In this document: piece after piece, positions 50,991 to 63,384 of the stretch | Position numbering within the stretch: position 1 is the first letter of the stretch | How the letters are laid out: each line of letters opens with the position of its first letter | Source: Lama glama | Lineage: Eukaryota | Length of the DNA stretch: 64,000 nt | Direction: 5' to 3' | NCBI GenBank assembly: GCA_028534125.1 | Contig: CM052817.1 | Coordinates: 69,566,001-69,630,000, forward strand | Notes under the pieces: generated by a model | Databases searched by the model: none | Told to the model about the DNA's origin: nothing | What the model saw: only the letters and a program-made list of their open reading frames with translations | Translations under genes and position numbers: made by a program

Positions 50991-52453
50991 AATCCCCTGG
51001 GGTATGGGAGTGACAGGTGGCATTTCAGTTCCCAGGCACTGGTTTCCCCACTCTGCCAAGTATCTCCAGCGCCAGAACTATACTCATTATTCATCCCTTT
51101 CTTTGCTTGCTAAGAAGGTGCTGCCAGGTACCAGAAGCCATGGCTGTTGATAATAAAAAGGACCATAACTTTAGCTGTAACTGCCAGAGCAAATGAAACT
51201 GAAACAGACTAATGCAAGGCCTAAAGGAATAGGGTTATGTGACTTATTAATGGATCAGAATGGAGGTGACAGCAGAGGAGAGGCAAGGAATGGATGGAAC
51301 AAAGAAAGAATCACCAGTCATGCCTCAATCTGGCCCCAGAGAGTGATGAGAAGAGCACTCCTTTGATCCGTGTGGTGTGCATCAAGGAAGCCCTACACAG
51401 CCAGATTACCTTCTGTAAGAGAGATCTTAAAGCCTTGCTGAATTGATTATCTAAGAAACACTTTCTGTTATAAAGATCTAAGAAACAAAGAGCAGAAAAC
51501 AAAATAAAAGCAGCACAAGAAGGTCCTCCAGAAGACCATTTGACAATGTAGTCGCTGGATATGGGAGCACTCCCAAAACAACCAAAGGCCTTTGATGGAA
51601 TTACTGATCCTCCATATGACAGAGACCTAGACCCAGGTCATCACATGGTGTCATGTGAACATCATTGATTAATGCTGACCTGCAAGATGAAATTATTGAC
51701 GGCAGCCCTGGAATGCAGTCAGCTTTTAAGGAGAGAAGCAACATTCACCTGAACATAATATTCTTGGACAAGACAGGTGGAAGCTGACTGACAAAAGGGT
51801 ATCCATGCACATGTTTTAAAGTTGAAGAAAGTTGACGTTAAACTGAAGAAATGCTTTGAATGCATAATGAAGCACAAATCAAATGAACAAGCATGTCTGT
51901 AGAGTAACATGAGAAATCCAGAGATACACCAAGCTTATGCACTTAGAGAAACTGATCAGTTTGTTACTATCAGATTATTAAACTTTCATAAGAAAAGATC
52001 AACTTGATGCTGAATGTGGCAAAAAAAATTAATAAATAGACAACCTCAACCATTAAAGCTGCAGTAACAACAAAAAAAATTTAAAACAATCATTACATAT
52101 TCACAGATTAAAAATGGCACTTACATGCAGGCAGTGTGGAAGCTAGAATTTGGTGTTTGCAATCATTTTAGAACTGTGAAAATTACCTCAGCCAATGGTG
52201 CTTGCTCTTCTCATGAAGTTGAGTCCTGAGTTAGAATAAAATCACTCTCCTCTCTTCTGAGGTCCCCAGTTCAGTTTAGACATCATCAAAAGCCTCATCA
52301 AAAGCACAAAATTCTTTGCTCTTGTCATTTCTTGGCCTTGAAATAGGCAGTTGAAATTACATTACTGGTCAGGTAGAGAAGGAAAGTACATGCGTTTGCC
52401 TTCACATTCTCTGCTGTTCCAACTTAGGAGACCGTGTCACTTCACAGAACAGC

Positions 52454-52992
52454 TGTGAAGAACTAAACATGGGCACCGGTTTTTTGACCTCCTTCACATC
52501 CAGAGGTAGTGTCTGTGATGTGGGAAGGCTCTGTGACTGCTTTGCCCAATAGGTCACAGAAGAAGCAATGTTGGGCCAGTGCCCATGCTGGAAGAACATG
52601 GCAGCACCTACTTCTTTAACTTTCTTTAAACACTTTAAGTCTCTTCAAACACTCATTCTAGAGGAAGCCAGACACTGCAAAAAGTTCCTGAGACTACCAT
52701 GCTGTGAGAAAACCAAGGTTCATCACTGGGAGCAGCTCCATGGTCAGTTCCCAGCTGTTCCAGACCACTCCAGGCACCCAAGCAAGGAATGGGAAGCCAT
52801 ATTGGACACTAGTCCAGTTGAACCTTCAAATGACTCCAGCCCCCTAAGACACTTACCATTACCACATGAGAAACCCCAAGTGAGAACTATCCAGCTGAGT
52901 AGTCAACCCACTGAGTCATAAGAGATAATAATAAATGGTAGTTTTAAGGCATTAAGTTTGGGATGGTTTGTTACAGGAATAGCATTTTGACA
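52454..52992 (+). mobile_element. MLT1G/H-type LTR
   Basis: 'tgtgactgctttgcccaatag..ctgagactaccatgctgtgag..ccttcaaatgactccagccc..ccccaagtgagaact..aataaatggtagttttaagg..gtttgggatggtttgttac'. Confidence 0.85.
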
Positions 52993-53030
52993 AAATCTTG
53001 GTGCAATTTTCAATACTTAAATTATATGGA

Positions 53031-53238
53031 TCGGTGTTGTGAGAGTAGCCCCTAGCCATAGGAAGCTATTTAAATTTGAATTAATTAAATTTAAATAACA
53101 TTTAAAATTCAATTTCTCCATCACACTAGGCACTTTCAATGCTCAACAGCCACAAGTGGCCAGTGGTTCCCATATTAAAGTATAGAGCAGATTATAGAAC
53201 ACTTCTATTTTCACAGAAAGTTCTATCAGACAGCACTA
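53031..53238. mobile_element. MER3/MER33-type hAT-Charlie element
   Basis: 'gtagcccctagcca..gctatttaaattt..aaaattcaatttct..tcacactagg..tgctcaacagccacaagtggc..cacagaaagttctat..gacagcact'. Confidence 0.8.
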
Positions 53239-54739
53239 TTAGAGTAACCCAGAGCTCTGTCCATGCCTCCCTAAAGAAGGATGAGGCTGAGAGGGAACAT
53301 TTTGACAACACATTCCATCTAGGTATACTTAAAACCAATTCAAAGCATAGTTCTAACTGAACTGAGGAAAGGAATGAAAAACTAAATTCAAATATAAAGC
53401 AAGATTGGTAAAACTTGTCCAGGTTTAATTTTTGTAAGTGTAAGTCTTAAAAAACAGAAAACTTTTTTGTTAATCATGTTCCTCTAGCCGTAACTGGTCT
53501 CATTTTGTTCCTGAATATGGGAAGATTCTTAGAGGAAAAAGTCATCTCAAGCTTAGCCTTGCAAAGCTGAGGCAAGCATGCTGCTGTAATTGAATAGGAC
53601 ATTATGCAGAATTCATAAAGGCTTTTGCCTGACAGAGTCATTAAGATAAATCAACTGGAAAAGAACAAGGATCCGGTACCTTGGCATGGATCCATAAAAA
53701 ATGTTGTTTTTCATTATGAGATTCCCTTTGTTCCTTGTGGAAAATTCTGAATCTACATGGATGTATATGTATACGTCTACATGGGAGAGCTACAGAGAGA
53801 GAATAGACAGTTAGGCACACAAATCAGTTATGCAAATATATACACACACACAGACGGGTATGTCTTTAGAAAGAGGATACTCAACATGTCATCTTTTTAA
53901 ATGCCTTTGGGGCAATTGGATTTTTTTAGGTAAAGATCAAGTTACACAATTTCAAAAGTGATGACTCTCTAATAACATTTAAGATGAGAATAAAGTTTAA
54001 ATCAAGCATAAGGTGAAGATTTAAGACACATGAGAATGTACGATACGGGTATTTCATTTTTTCTCAGGCCCAAAAGGAATTCCTGCCTGTGCCTCCACTC
54101 ATTTTTTCTGTCCTCAAGAATGCTGTTTATCCTCATGCACCTATAAGCCTGGAACACCAAAGACCCTTTGAGGGCTGAATGCTTATTCTTTATTTTTGGA
54201 TGAGTAGGGAAGGTGTACTTATAGCTACATTCATAGATATCCTAGGACAAAAATAATGTCTGCAGAACAGTTTCAAGTTTGGCAATGTGGCTATCAGAAT
54301 TAAAACCAAAGAGGCATCTTTTCACTATAAACACCTAAAAAGGCTATAATCATCCATATTTTCTGATGAGAAGCCACTTTTGATTTACTAAATAACATCT
54401 TTGTTACATGGAACAGGGAATGGGGGTAAAAGACATGATGGAGGCCTGAACTCCCATCCCAGGAGCCTTAGAGACAAGGAATTGTGTGCAATTCATCACA
54501 ATAAACAACTTAACATACATATTTAAATACCATGGGAATCTAATCTGTAAGGATCCTTTTAGCCACTGTTTTCATGAAAGGAATAGTCCTGCAGTGACAA
54601 AGGCATACCAGGTAACAGCAAGCCTGCTCCAGTTACTTCAGGAAGTGAGCTGAGTGAAATCATCTTAGGTCTGGGCTATAAAGGCCTCTTTATGGTTCTA
54701 GCAGAACACACAAATACCCAAATACTCAAATCTCTCCTT

Positions 54740-54945
54740 TCTATTTTTTCCTCTTGTCTTCATTGAAAATTAGAAGAGTTATATATGATAGCCAAAGGAA
54801 TTGCCCTACAACTTTAAAAAATATTTTTTTAAATACCTTTGAGCTTAAACCAGGCATGGAAAATTTCAACCCAAAAGATTAAATGTGGAGAAAGTTACTA
54901 GAAGATGAGGACTAGAGTTACAATGGAAACCACACTGTAGACACT
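54740..54945. repeat. MER121-like ancient conserved repeat
   Basis: Core 'caacttt..aaatacctttgagcttaaaccaggcatggaaaatttcaacccaaaagattaaatgtggagaaagtta..ttacaatggaaa' matches my recollection of MER121 'CACCTT..GACCAAGCATGGAAAATTTCAGCCCAAAAGG..AAAGTTAT..TTATAATGGAAA'. Confidence 0.65.
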
Positions 54946-54977
54946 ATTATATGAGTCATTACCAAAAATGTTGCTTT

Positions 54978-55048
54978 ATATATGTAGTAAGTATATATGT
55001 GTATATATATATATATACACATATATATCAGATATATATATATATATC
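54978..55048. repeat. Interrupted (TA)n microsatellite
   Basis: gtatatatgtgtatatatatatatatacacatatatatcagatatatatatatatc. Confidence 0.9.
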
Positions 55049-55664
55049 TGATCAGATCTAGGCCTTATCTTGAAAATGTCCACCATCATTTGCAAAGAAT
55101 TTTAACCTTCATAAAAGAAAGATATAAAAGAAAGACCCTTTCCCATAGAAGGTACTCAACAGAAATTTGTGGCATTAAATTAAACTGGACCTCATTATTT
55201 CAGATTTTGTGATAACCTCACCAGCACTAGAATTAAGGTTATCTTTTCTAACTACAGAAAAAAAGCTCTGATTTCCTTAAGTGATGTCAGCATGATGCTA
55301 AAGATGAGAATGGGCATATTTAATTGGAAATCAATTTTTTTTTATTTAATAAAGTATTTGTGTACAAATGCATGTTGCTGATAATAACTAACTAAGCTAT
55401 CAAAACAGACTAACACTGAGAGAATTTAGCCCTCAGTGTGTTTTGAAACTAAAATCCTCTTTCCCCCATCTTCAATAAGGGAGTTGGGAAACAGAGTGGA
55501 GGGGGATGGGGTAGACAAGAGTTAAGACTGGTCATCAAAAAGTTTCTCCTTTAGTTGATGTAACCCATCCAGAATAACAAAGAAAGAGCCATTTGCATCC
55601 AATGTAGACACTCTGTTAATATAAACCAAACACAAGAAGGAGTCATAATGCTCCATGGTACATA

Positions 55665-55770
55665 AGTGCCATGAACACAGGGATTTTTGTCCATTTATTC
55701 ATTGCTATGTCCTCACCAACTTGCAGTGACTAGCACATAACTAGTGCTTAATAAATATTTATTGATTTCT
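55665..55770 (+). mobile_element. L2 3' end
   Basis: 'ccatgaacacagggatttttgtc..attcattgctatgtcc..tagcacataactagtgcttaataaatattt'. Confidence 0.7.
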
Positions 55771-56019
55771 TCCATGAATTATTAGGTATCATCAGCTTTA
55801 TCATTTCACAAGGAACAAGGTTAAGTGACATTAAAAGAGGAATTTCCTCTCCTCTGCTTTCTAGAGAGGGATTAATCATGACCTTAGAGATATGTTTGGT
55901 GGTTGGTCACTAGTGCAGCAGCAACAACTCCAGATAGTGGGGAAGCTGTACTGGGATCTGAATCCACATTCCAGGCAGGACCTCACTTGACATTTGCAGG
56001 ACCTAGAACAACAGTATTG

Positions 56020-56544
56020 GGAAAGCCTTCCAGCAAAAGGCCACCAGGAAGGCCTCTGTAGTGTGGGGAACACGGGCTTTCTTATTAAGAGGGTATTAGA
56101 ATGTACTTGCAGGATTTGAACTGTTAAGTGATTTCTGAGAAGAGTTTAAGGAAGTGAGATTTTGCATAGGATCAGATGCTGTCAGGAAACAGGTTGATTT
56201 TATGTTTGGGAATCTTAATAATTCTCATCTAAAAAATAAGAAGAGAGTGGAAACTAAGTTATACCCATAATAAGGTAGCAGTCTCTCACAATAACCAGGA
56301 GGGGGGAGATCTGGCCATTTTTGGTTTGGAAAATGTTCTTGTACTCAGAACATGATTCCAGAGTGGTCCTGTTTGCATCTTGCCCCATCACGGTCACAGA
56401 CTGACCTTGTCTGATGATGGTGAAATTTTCTGTGAAATTTTCCAAGTTCCACAGAGACCACCATTGCCTAGCTGCAAGCACTGATAAGCGCCTAGCTACC
56501 TGAAACCAGCTTTCAGATGTCTGGGGCAGCTTTCCTCCTTCTCA
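56020..56544 (-). mobile_element. ERV1-type LTR (MER110/MER89/MER90-like)
   Basis: Minus strand begins TGAGAAGGAGGAAAGCTGCCCCAGACATCTG; internal 'catcagacaaggtcagtctgtgaccgtgatgg..accactctggaatcatg'. Confidence 0.55.
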
Positions 56545-57056
56545 GGACAGAAAGGCACCCACACATCATTTATTAAGTCTTCAGAAGTTAAGAAACAACC
56601 TGACTGTTGAATGAAGTATGTTTTATCCTCTTTCCTTGACAAATAAGTTCATACCAACAAAACTGAAAAGACTATGTAACAACATGGTTTTTATATGACT
56701 GAAAGTTGGCAAAATATTTTAAGAGACTGAATTTAATAACTATTCTGCATGCCTGAATGTTCTGTTGATGAGCCAGTGATGTTTGTATGAGTAATAAAAG
56801 ATCCTGTATGGTTCATAAATTGCTATGTAGTCATTTCATTAAATTTTCTTGCTTGAATTTCAGCAAAATCACTCATTATGTCATTAGAGCAAAGGATTTC
56901 TACATAATTTGTGTTTTACCAATAATAATGATCTAATAAATTTAAAGTGAAATGTAATGATATTCAAAATATATAAAATTTAGATATATCTTCATCAAAT
57001 ACAGATGAAATATAGAAGTTCTGATTAAAATTATTTGTATATTTTTTAAAAACAAT

Positions 57057-57133
57057 GATTTTCTTCTAATATATTTCTTCTAATATATTCTAAAAACGAT
57101 TTTCTTCTAATATATTTTCTTCTAATATATTCT
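57057..57133. repeat. Two-level tandem repeat with four TTCTTCTAATATATT units
   Basis: [gattttcttctaatatatttcttctaatatattct]aaaaac[gattttcttctaatatattttcttctaatatattct]. Confidence 0.9.
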
Positions 57134-57328
57134 TTAAAATTATTATAGAAATCAAAAACCAAAATAAAAAATTATTATGGAATATCAAAGCATCAAATAA
57201 AATCATATAAAAAACAAAAGTATTTTATTTAATACTTTAAAAATATAAGTAAATCTTATTAAATATATTTATAAAAATCAAATTGTTTGCTACTCTAGCA
57301 TTCACTATCCACCTGGTTGCCAATGTAA

Positions 57329-57399
57329 AGAATTGCTATCACTCTTCGTCAATATTACATCTGGACTTACATACATAAAATGTAAGTGATAGCAATTCT
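57329..57399. repeat. Perfect 15-bp inverted repeat with 41-nt spacer
   Basis: AGAATTGCTATCACT (57329-57343) and AGTGATAGCAATTCT (57385-57399). Confidence 0.9.
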
Positions 57400-58573
57400 A
57401 AATGTTGAAAAGTGATCTTAAGAAACCATGTACAAACTGTTGAAATACCTTGCTAATTCATAAGTATCTCTGGGTCCACAGATTGAAGCATGAATAGAAG
57501 AAAATGGACTGTCAGCACTACTGGGAAATGGATACTTTGTCACACAAGAAGCTTTGTGTTTATGCTGTCTGAAAGACTGATTTTGAGGAGGAAGAGTTTG
57601 ATGAGTTAACTGATCTGTCTTTTCTCTAACCTAAGTGTTTTGACCATCCAAATCTTCCTGCGTGGTGAAGTACTTTGTATCTCTGGTGATGATCAGCAGC
57701 ACCACCCATATGGCATGCACACACGGTCACTTTTGTTTGGAGGACAGAGGGCAAGAGATGTACAGAAGCATTTCACTGGCCATGGGTCATGCTGTAATTG
57801 CAGTGAGCTCCAGAATTCGAGGGACAGAGATGTCCATTCACTCTGTAATAATCTGTTTTGTGTGTGTGTATTTGCGATAAACAGCATCTTCCAAAGCAGG
57901 GGGCTTAGCCCAGGCTATCCTTTCGCTCTCATCTCCAGGAACTTCCTCTTCTGTTTCAAATCAGCCAAGTCTGGCCAGAGGAGAATATCTATGAGCACTA
58001 AGCCAAAACCAAAGCCACTGGAGTTCGCAAAACCTTGTAAGAATGGGAGAAGTTTCCAGAGCAAAGAAAACATATCAGGACTTGAGGGCTGAAACTGCAA
58101 GGAGGAGAGAGCGAGTGAGGTTGGGGGTGGCAGGTGGGGGAAGGTGTGGGGAGAAAGAGAAAGCTCACAAGGTTAGTCTTCTTTTTAATGCCTAAATCTC
58201 TAAGGCTTTGTGTAGTAGGGACACTCAATATGTTATAGGCTTGGTTCTCTCTTCACTGAACCTCTTCTGAGGTACAGCTGACCCTTTAGTGAAATCACTT
58301 TTTATATCATCCTTACAGTTCATTATACATTTGGTATGGAGAAGACTAGTAAGTCAGAACGTATTGGAGGAAAGGAGGGTAATGGCCTCATTCTGGGGAG
58401 GCTCTGATGAAGACTAAGGATGATTATTGGAGAAGAAGGGGGACTGCTCCTCCATGGTGTATTACAAGGCAGTTTCCCCTGTTGATCAGCAGCACCAAAG
58501 GGGTCATAGAAACAGACTCAGTCTCCTTTCCACCACCACCTATTAGCAGGAAGCTTCAGGGAGGATGCTTCCT

Positions 58574-60526
58574 TTTTTTTTTTTAAATAGATATATATCT
58601 TCTATTTTTATTAAAGTATAGCTGATTTACAATGTTGTGTTAGTTTCAGGTGTACAGCAAAGTAATCCAGTTTTATGTATATATGTATATTCTTTTTCAT
58701 ATTCTTTTTTGTTATAGGTTATTACAGGATATTGAATGCAGCTCCTGTGCTATACAGTAGGTCCTTGTTGTTTATCTATTTTATATATAGTAGTTCATAT
58801 CTGCTAGTCTCAGACTCTTAATTTATCCCTCCCCCTCCCCTTTCCCCTTTGGTAAGCATAAATTTGTTTTCTACATCTGTGAGTCTGTTTCTGTTTTGTA
58901 ACTAAGTTTATTTGCATCATATTTTAGATTTCACATATATGTGATATCATATAACATTTGTCTTTCTCTCCCCAAATTACTTCACTTAGTATGATAATCT
59001 CTAGGTTCATCCAGGTTGCTGCAAAAGGCATTATTTTGTTCTTTTTTATGACTGAGTAGTATTCTATTGTATAAATATACCACAGCTTCTTTATCCAGTT
59101 ATCTGTCAACGGACATTTAGGTTGCTTCCTTATTTGGCCATTGTGAATAGTGCTGCTTTGAACACTGGGGTGCATGTATCTTTTTGAATTGGAGTTTTTG
59201 TCTTTTCCAAATATATGCCCAGGAGTGGCATTGCTGGATCATGTGGTAATTCTGTTTTTGGTTTCTTAAGGAACCTCTATACTGTTTTCCATAGTGAATG
59301 CTCCTATTAACATTCCCAACTCTGTACAAGAGTTCCCTTTCCTCAATACCCTCTCTAGCATTTATTGTTTGTGGACTTTTTAATGATGGTCATTTTGACT
59401 GGTGTGACGTGATAACCCCACTGTAGTTTTGATTTGCATTTCTCTAATAATTAGTGATTATTATCTTGTTGTTGTTGTTGTTGTTGTTATTATTATTATA
59501 TTTTCATGTGCCTATTGGCCATCTGTATATCTTCTTTGGAGAAATGTGTATTTAGGTCTTTGCCCATTTTTGGATTGGATTGTTTGTTTTTTGTTATTGA
59601 GTTGTATAAGCTGTTTGTATAGTCTGGAAATCAATCATTTGTCAGTCCCATCATTTGCAAATATTTTCTCCCAGTCTGTAGGTTTTCTTTTTGTTTTGTT
59701 TATGGTTTCCTTTGCTGTGCAAAAACTTGTAAGTTTGAGGTCCCATTTGTTTACTTTTGTATTTATTTCTATTATCTTGATAGACTGACCTAGGAAAACA
59801 CTGCTGATATTTATGTTGGAGAATGTTTTGCCTGTGTTCTCTCCTAGGAGTTTCATGGTGCTTTGTCATATTTTTAAGTCTATAAGCCATTTTGAGTTTA
59901 CTTTTTTGTATAGTGTGAGGGAGTGTTCTGATTTCATTAATTTACAGGCAGCTGTCCAACTTTCCCAACACCACTGCTGAATACTGTCTTTTCTCCATTG
60001 TATATTCTTGCCTCCTTTGTTGAAGATTAATTGACAGTAGGTGTGTAGGTTTGTTTCTGGGCTCTCTATTCTGTTCCACTGAGCCATATGTCTGGTTTTT
60101 GTGCCACTACCATGCTGTTTTGATTACTGTAGCCTTGTAGTATTCTCTGAAGTCTGGGAGGGTTATGCCTCCAGATTTGTTCTTTTTCCTCAGGATTGCT
60201 TTGGCAATTCTAGCTCTCTTGTGATTCCTTAACAATTTTAGGAGTATTTGTTCTAGTTCTATGAAAAACGTCATGGGTAATTTGATAGGGATTACATTAA
60301 GTCTATAGATTGCTTTGGGTAGTATGGTCACTTCATCATTGTTAATTCTTCTAATCCAAGAGCATGGAATATCTCTCCATTTCTTGAAATCATCTTCAGT
60401 CTCCTTTATTTTACAGTTCTAAGCACACAGGTCTTTTACCTCCTTGGTCAGATTTACTCCTAAGTATTTTTATGCAATTTTTAAAGAAACTGCTTTTTTT
60501 TAACTTTCCTTTCTGGTACTTCATTG
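58574..60526 (-). mobile_element. 5'-truncated L1 (~1.95 kb), ORF2 C-terminal part plus 3' UTR
   Basis: Poly(T) at 58573; peptides [61 protein letters not shown] (58567-58573 / 60527-60533). Confidence 0.95.
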
Positions 60527-61234
60527 GCTTCCTAACTACTCTTGAATGTAAGAAAAATTCATTTCTCATATAATTCTATAATGCTAAGATTTCACAATTC
60601 AGATTTCCCCCTGCCCACCACCACCATCCCATTTCTCCTAAATATGCAACAATTTACTATAGCAGCCCCATTCCTAGGGAACACATTTTTGACTCTAAAG
60701 AGCCAGGCTTTCACTCGGTAGGTAGCTCCATTCACTGTAGATAAATAAGTTCTATCACACATTGTTGGCCTGGTGACCTCCACTTCCTCTAGATCTTCTT
60801 TTATTAATTCTTAAAAGATTTAGGAGATGGATGCTATACATCAGGCATTGTCATCAGACTATGAAGTTACAAAGATAATACGACACTCTTCAGCTCCAAT
60901 GAGTTCAGCAGTCTTTCAAGAAATGCTATCCTTCTACATTAAAAGTATCTACTCTTAAAAATCAGTCATTCAGATCTCTAACCTTACCGAAAACATTATT
61001 GTCTGCTGTAATCTGAAGAAGAACTGCATTAAATAGAAGGAAAGCTATTTTAGTGCATCTTGGTGTTAATTTAATGGTTTATGAATTTGTAGAATTTATT
61101 CTTGCTTAATGGTATCTTGTACTCTCAAACCAGTGAGTGTTTGTTGATAATGGTTGGTGACTTAATGGCACAGACATGCAGAACGTAACCTTGGATAACT
61201 ACCATGTTTGACCTCTTAGTTTATTATGGGTCTA

Positions 61235-61590
61235 TGTATTAGTCAGAGTTCTCCAGAAAATAGAATTCATGGGATGAATGTATCAAGAAAGAGATTTATT
61301 ATAAGAACTGGTTCATGCAATTACGGAGACTGGAAAGCCTAAATCTGCAGTTTGGGCCAGCAGGCTAGAGGCCCAGCAGAATGGATGATGCAGATGAAGC
61401 CCAAAGACAGTCTTCCGGAAAATTCCCTCTTGCCTGGGGAGGCTGGTCTTCTGTTTTATTCAGGCCTTTGCCTGATTGAATGAGTCCCACTAACATTATG
61501 GAGGACAATCTGCTTATTCTAAATTCTCTGATTTCAATGTTGATCTCATCAAAACACTCTCCAAGTTGACACATAAAATGAACCATCACA
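61235..61590 (-). mobile_element. MLT2C/D-type ERVL solo LTR
   Basis: + strand tgtattagtcagagttctccagaaaa ... aagttgacacataaaatgaaccatcaca; 5-bp TSD GTCTA/GTTTA. Confidence 0.92.
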
Positions 61591-61634
61591 GTTTATTATG
61601 GGATGAGTTTTTACAGATTTTCAAGAATTTCACT

Positions 61635-61775
61635 GTGTCATTCAATCATCATCATAACCCTCTGAAGTAAGCATTTAATAGATGAAGAAAATGAATCTTA
61701 GAGGTTCAGTAACTTGCTGAAGACCACATAGGTAAGTGGGGGAACTGAGATTTGAAAACAAATGTTTGGCTTCAG
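61635..61775 (-). mobile_element. MIR
   Basis: 'cattcaatcatcatcataaccct..agatgaagaaaatgaa..cttagaggttcagtaacttgc..gaactgagatttgaa'. Confidence 0.75.
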
Positions 61776-61789
61776 AAATAGTGTTTTTT

Positions 61790-62838
61790 AGTAAAGGAAA
61801 CCATAAGCAAAACAAAACAACAACCTACGGAATGGGAGAAAATATTTTCAAATGATGAAACTGACAAAGGTTTAGTTTCCAGAATATATAAACAGCTCAT
61901 ATAATGTAATAACAAAAAACAAACAACCCAATCCAAAAATGGGCAGAAGACCTAAACAAGCATTTCTTCAATGAAGACATACAAATGGCCAATAGACACA
62001 TGAAAAAATGCTCAATATTACTAATTATCAGAGAAGTGCAAAATAAAACTACAATGAAGTATCACCTTATACCAGTAAGAATGGCCATCATTAAAAAGTC
62101 CACAAACAGTAAATGCTGGAAAGGGTATGGAGAAAAGGGAACTCTCCTACACTGCTGGTTAGAATGGGTTTGGTGCAGCCATTATGGAAAACAGTACTAA
62201 GATTCCTCAAAAAACTAAAAACAGACTTACCATATGATCCAGCAATCCCATTCCTGGGCATATATCTGAAGGGAACTCTAATGCAAAAAGATATATGCAC
62301 CCCAATGTTCATAGCAGCACTATATACAGTAGGCAAGACATGGAAACAATCTAAATGTCACATCAACTGATGACTGGATAAAGAAGTTGTGGTATATTTG
62401 TACAATGGAATACTATTCAGCCATAAAAAATAACAAAAGCATGCCATTTGTAGCAACTTGGATGGACCTAGAGATTGTCATTCTAAGTGAAGTAAGCCAA
62501 AAAGAGAAAGAAAATACCATATGATATCACTTATATGTGGAATCTAAAAAAAGAGGAAAAAAGGACAATATGAACTCATCTACAAAACAGACTCGCAGAC
62601 ATAGTAAACAATCTTATTGTTACCAGGAAAAGTGAGTGGGAAGTGATAAGTCTGGGAGTTTGAGACTTGAAATGTTAGCCATCATATATAAAAATAGATT
62701 TAAAAACAAACAAGTTTCTTCTGTATAGCACAGGGAACTATATTCAATATCTTGTAATAACCTCTAATGAGAAAGAATATGAAAATGAATATATGTATGT
62801 ATATGCATGACTGGGACATGGTGCTGTACACCAGAAAT
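61790..62838 (+). mobile_element. Camelid-type L1 ORF2 end plus 3' UTR, lacking the terminal segment and poly(A)
   Basis: [40 protein letters not shown]; 3' UTR 'gcatgactgggacatggtgctgtacaccagaaat'. Confidence 0.95.
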
Positions 62839-63384
62839 GCTGTACACTAGGAAATGTTGATGTGTGTTCTGCTAATATCAGTCAAATAGAGGTTTGTTTC
62901 TGAAAACCTGTGAGAAACATTATCAATGCCAATTCCTGGTCCCATCTTTCCTCCTTATAGTTATGTGCTCAACTCTCACCATTTACTTATATGTAGGTAA
63001 AAGTAACAAAATCTCAAGACATACTACTCCTATTTTGTGGATAGGCCAGAGGACTCAGGAGATTAGGGAGAACAGGAATAGAAAAGGAACTACCTTCATG
63101 ACAAAACGGCACCTGCCTCTCTGCAGTATGGAGGGGCTGTCCCAATAGACCACTCAATGATTGTGAACATCCAGGTATCAGAATTGAATCCATTAATGAC
63201 TGTGCACTTAATGCAGTCTTGTAAAGTCACATGCCACAGAATATCTCCCTAGCTAATGTTTTATGGCAGGACATTTTTTGGTTTTCAATACCCAACCTTC
63301 ATGGAACATAGGAATCTTTCAGCACAACTTATTTTGGCTGATGTTTGCATTGAAAGGATTTATAATTAAATCCCTAAGACTCAT

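Noticed and set aside
51196..51207. ISRE-like GAAACTGAAAC (also near 28149)
   Set aside because: Isolated imperfect motifs in A-rich sequence with no supporting cluster
53669..53693. Polylinker-like GGATCC-GGTACC..GGATCC
   Set aside because: Three 6-mers with no vector sequence around them; chance is sufficient
54636..54685. TATA-like CTATAAAG with an upstream ETS site
   Set aside because: No downstream exon, ORF or CpG support; such motifs are common
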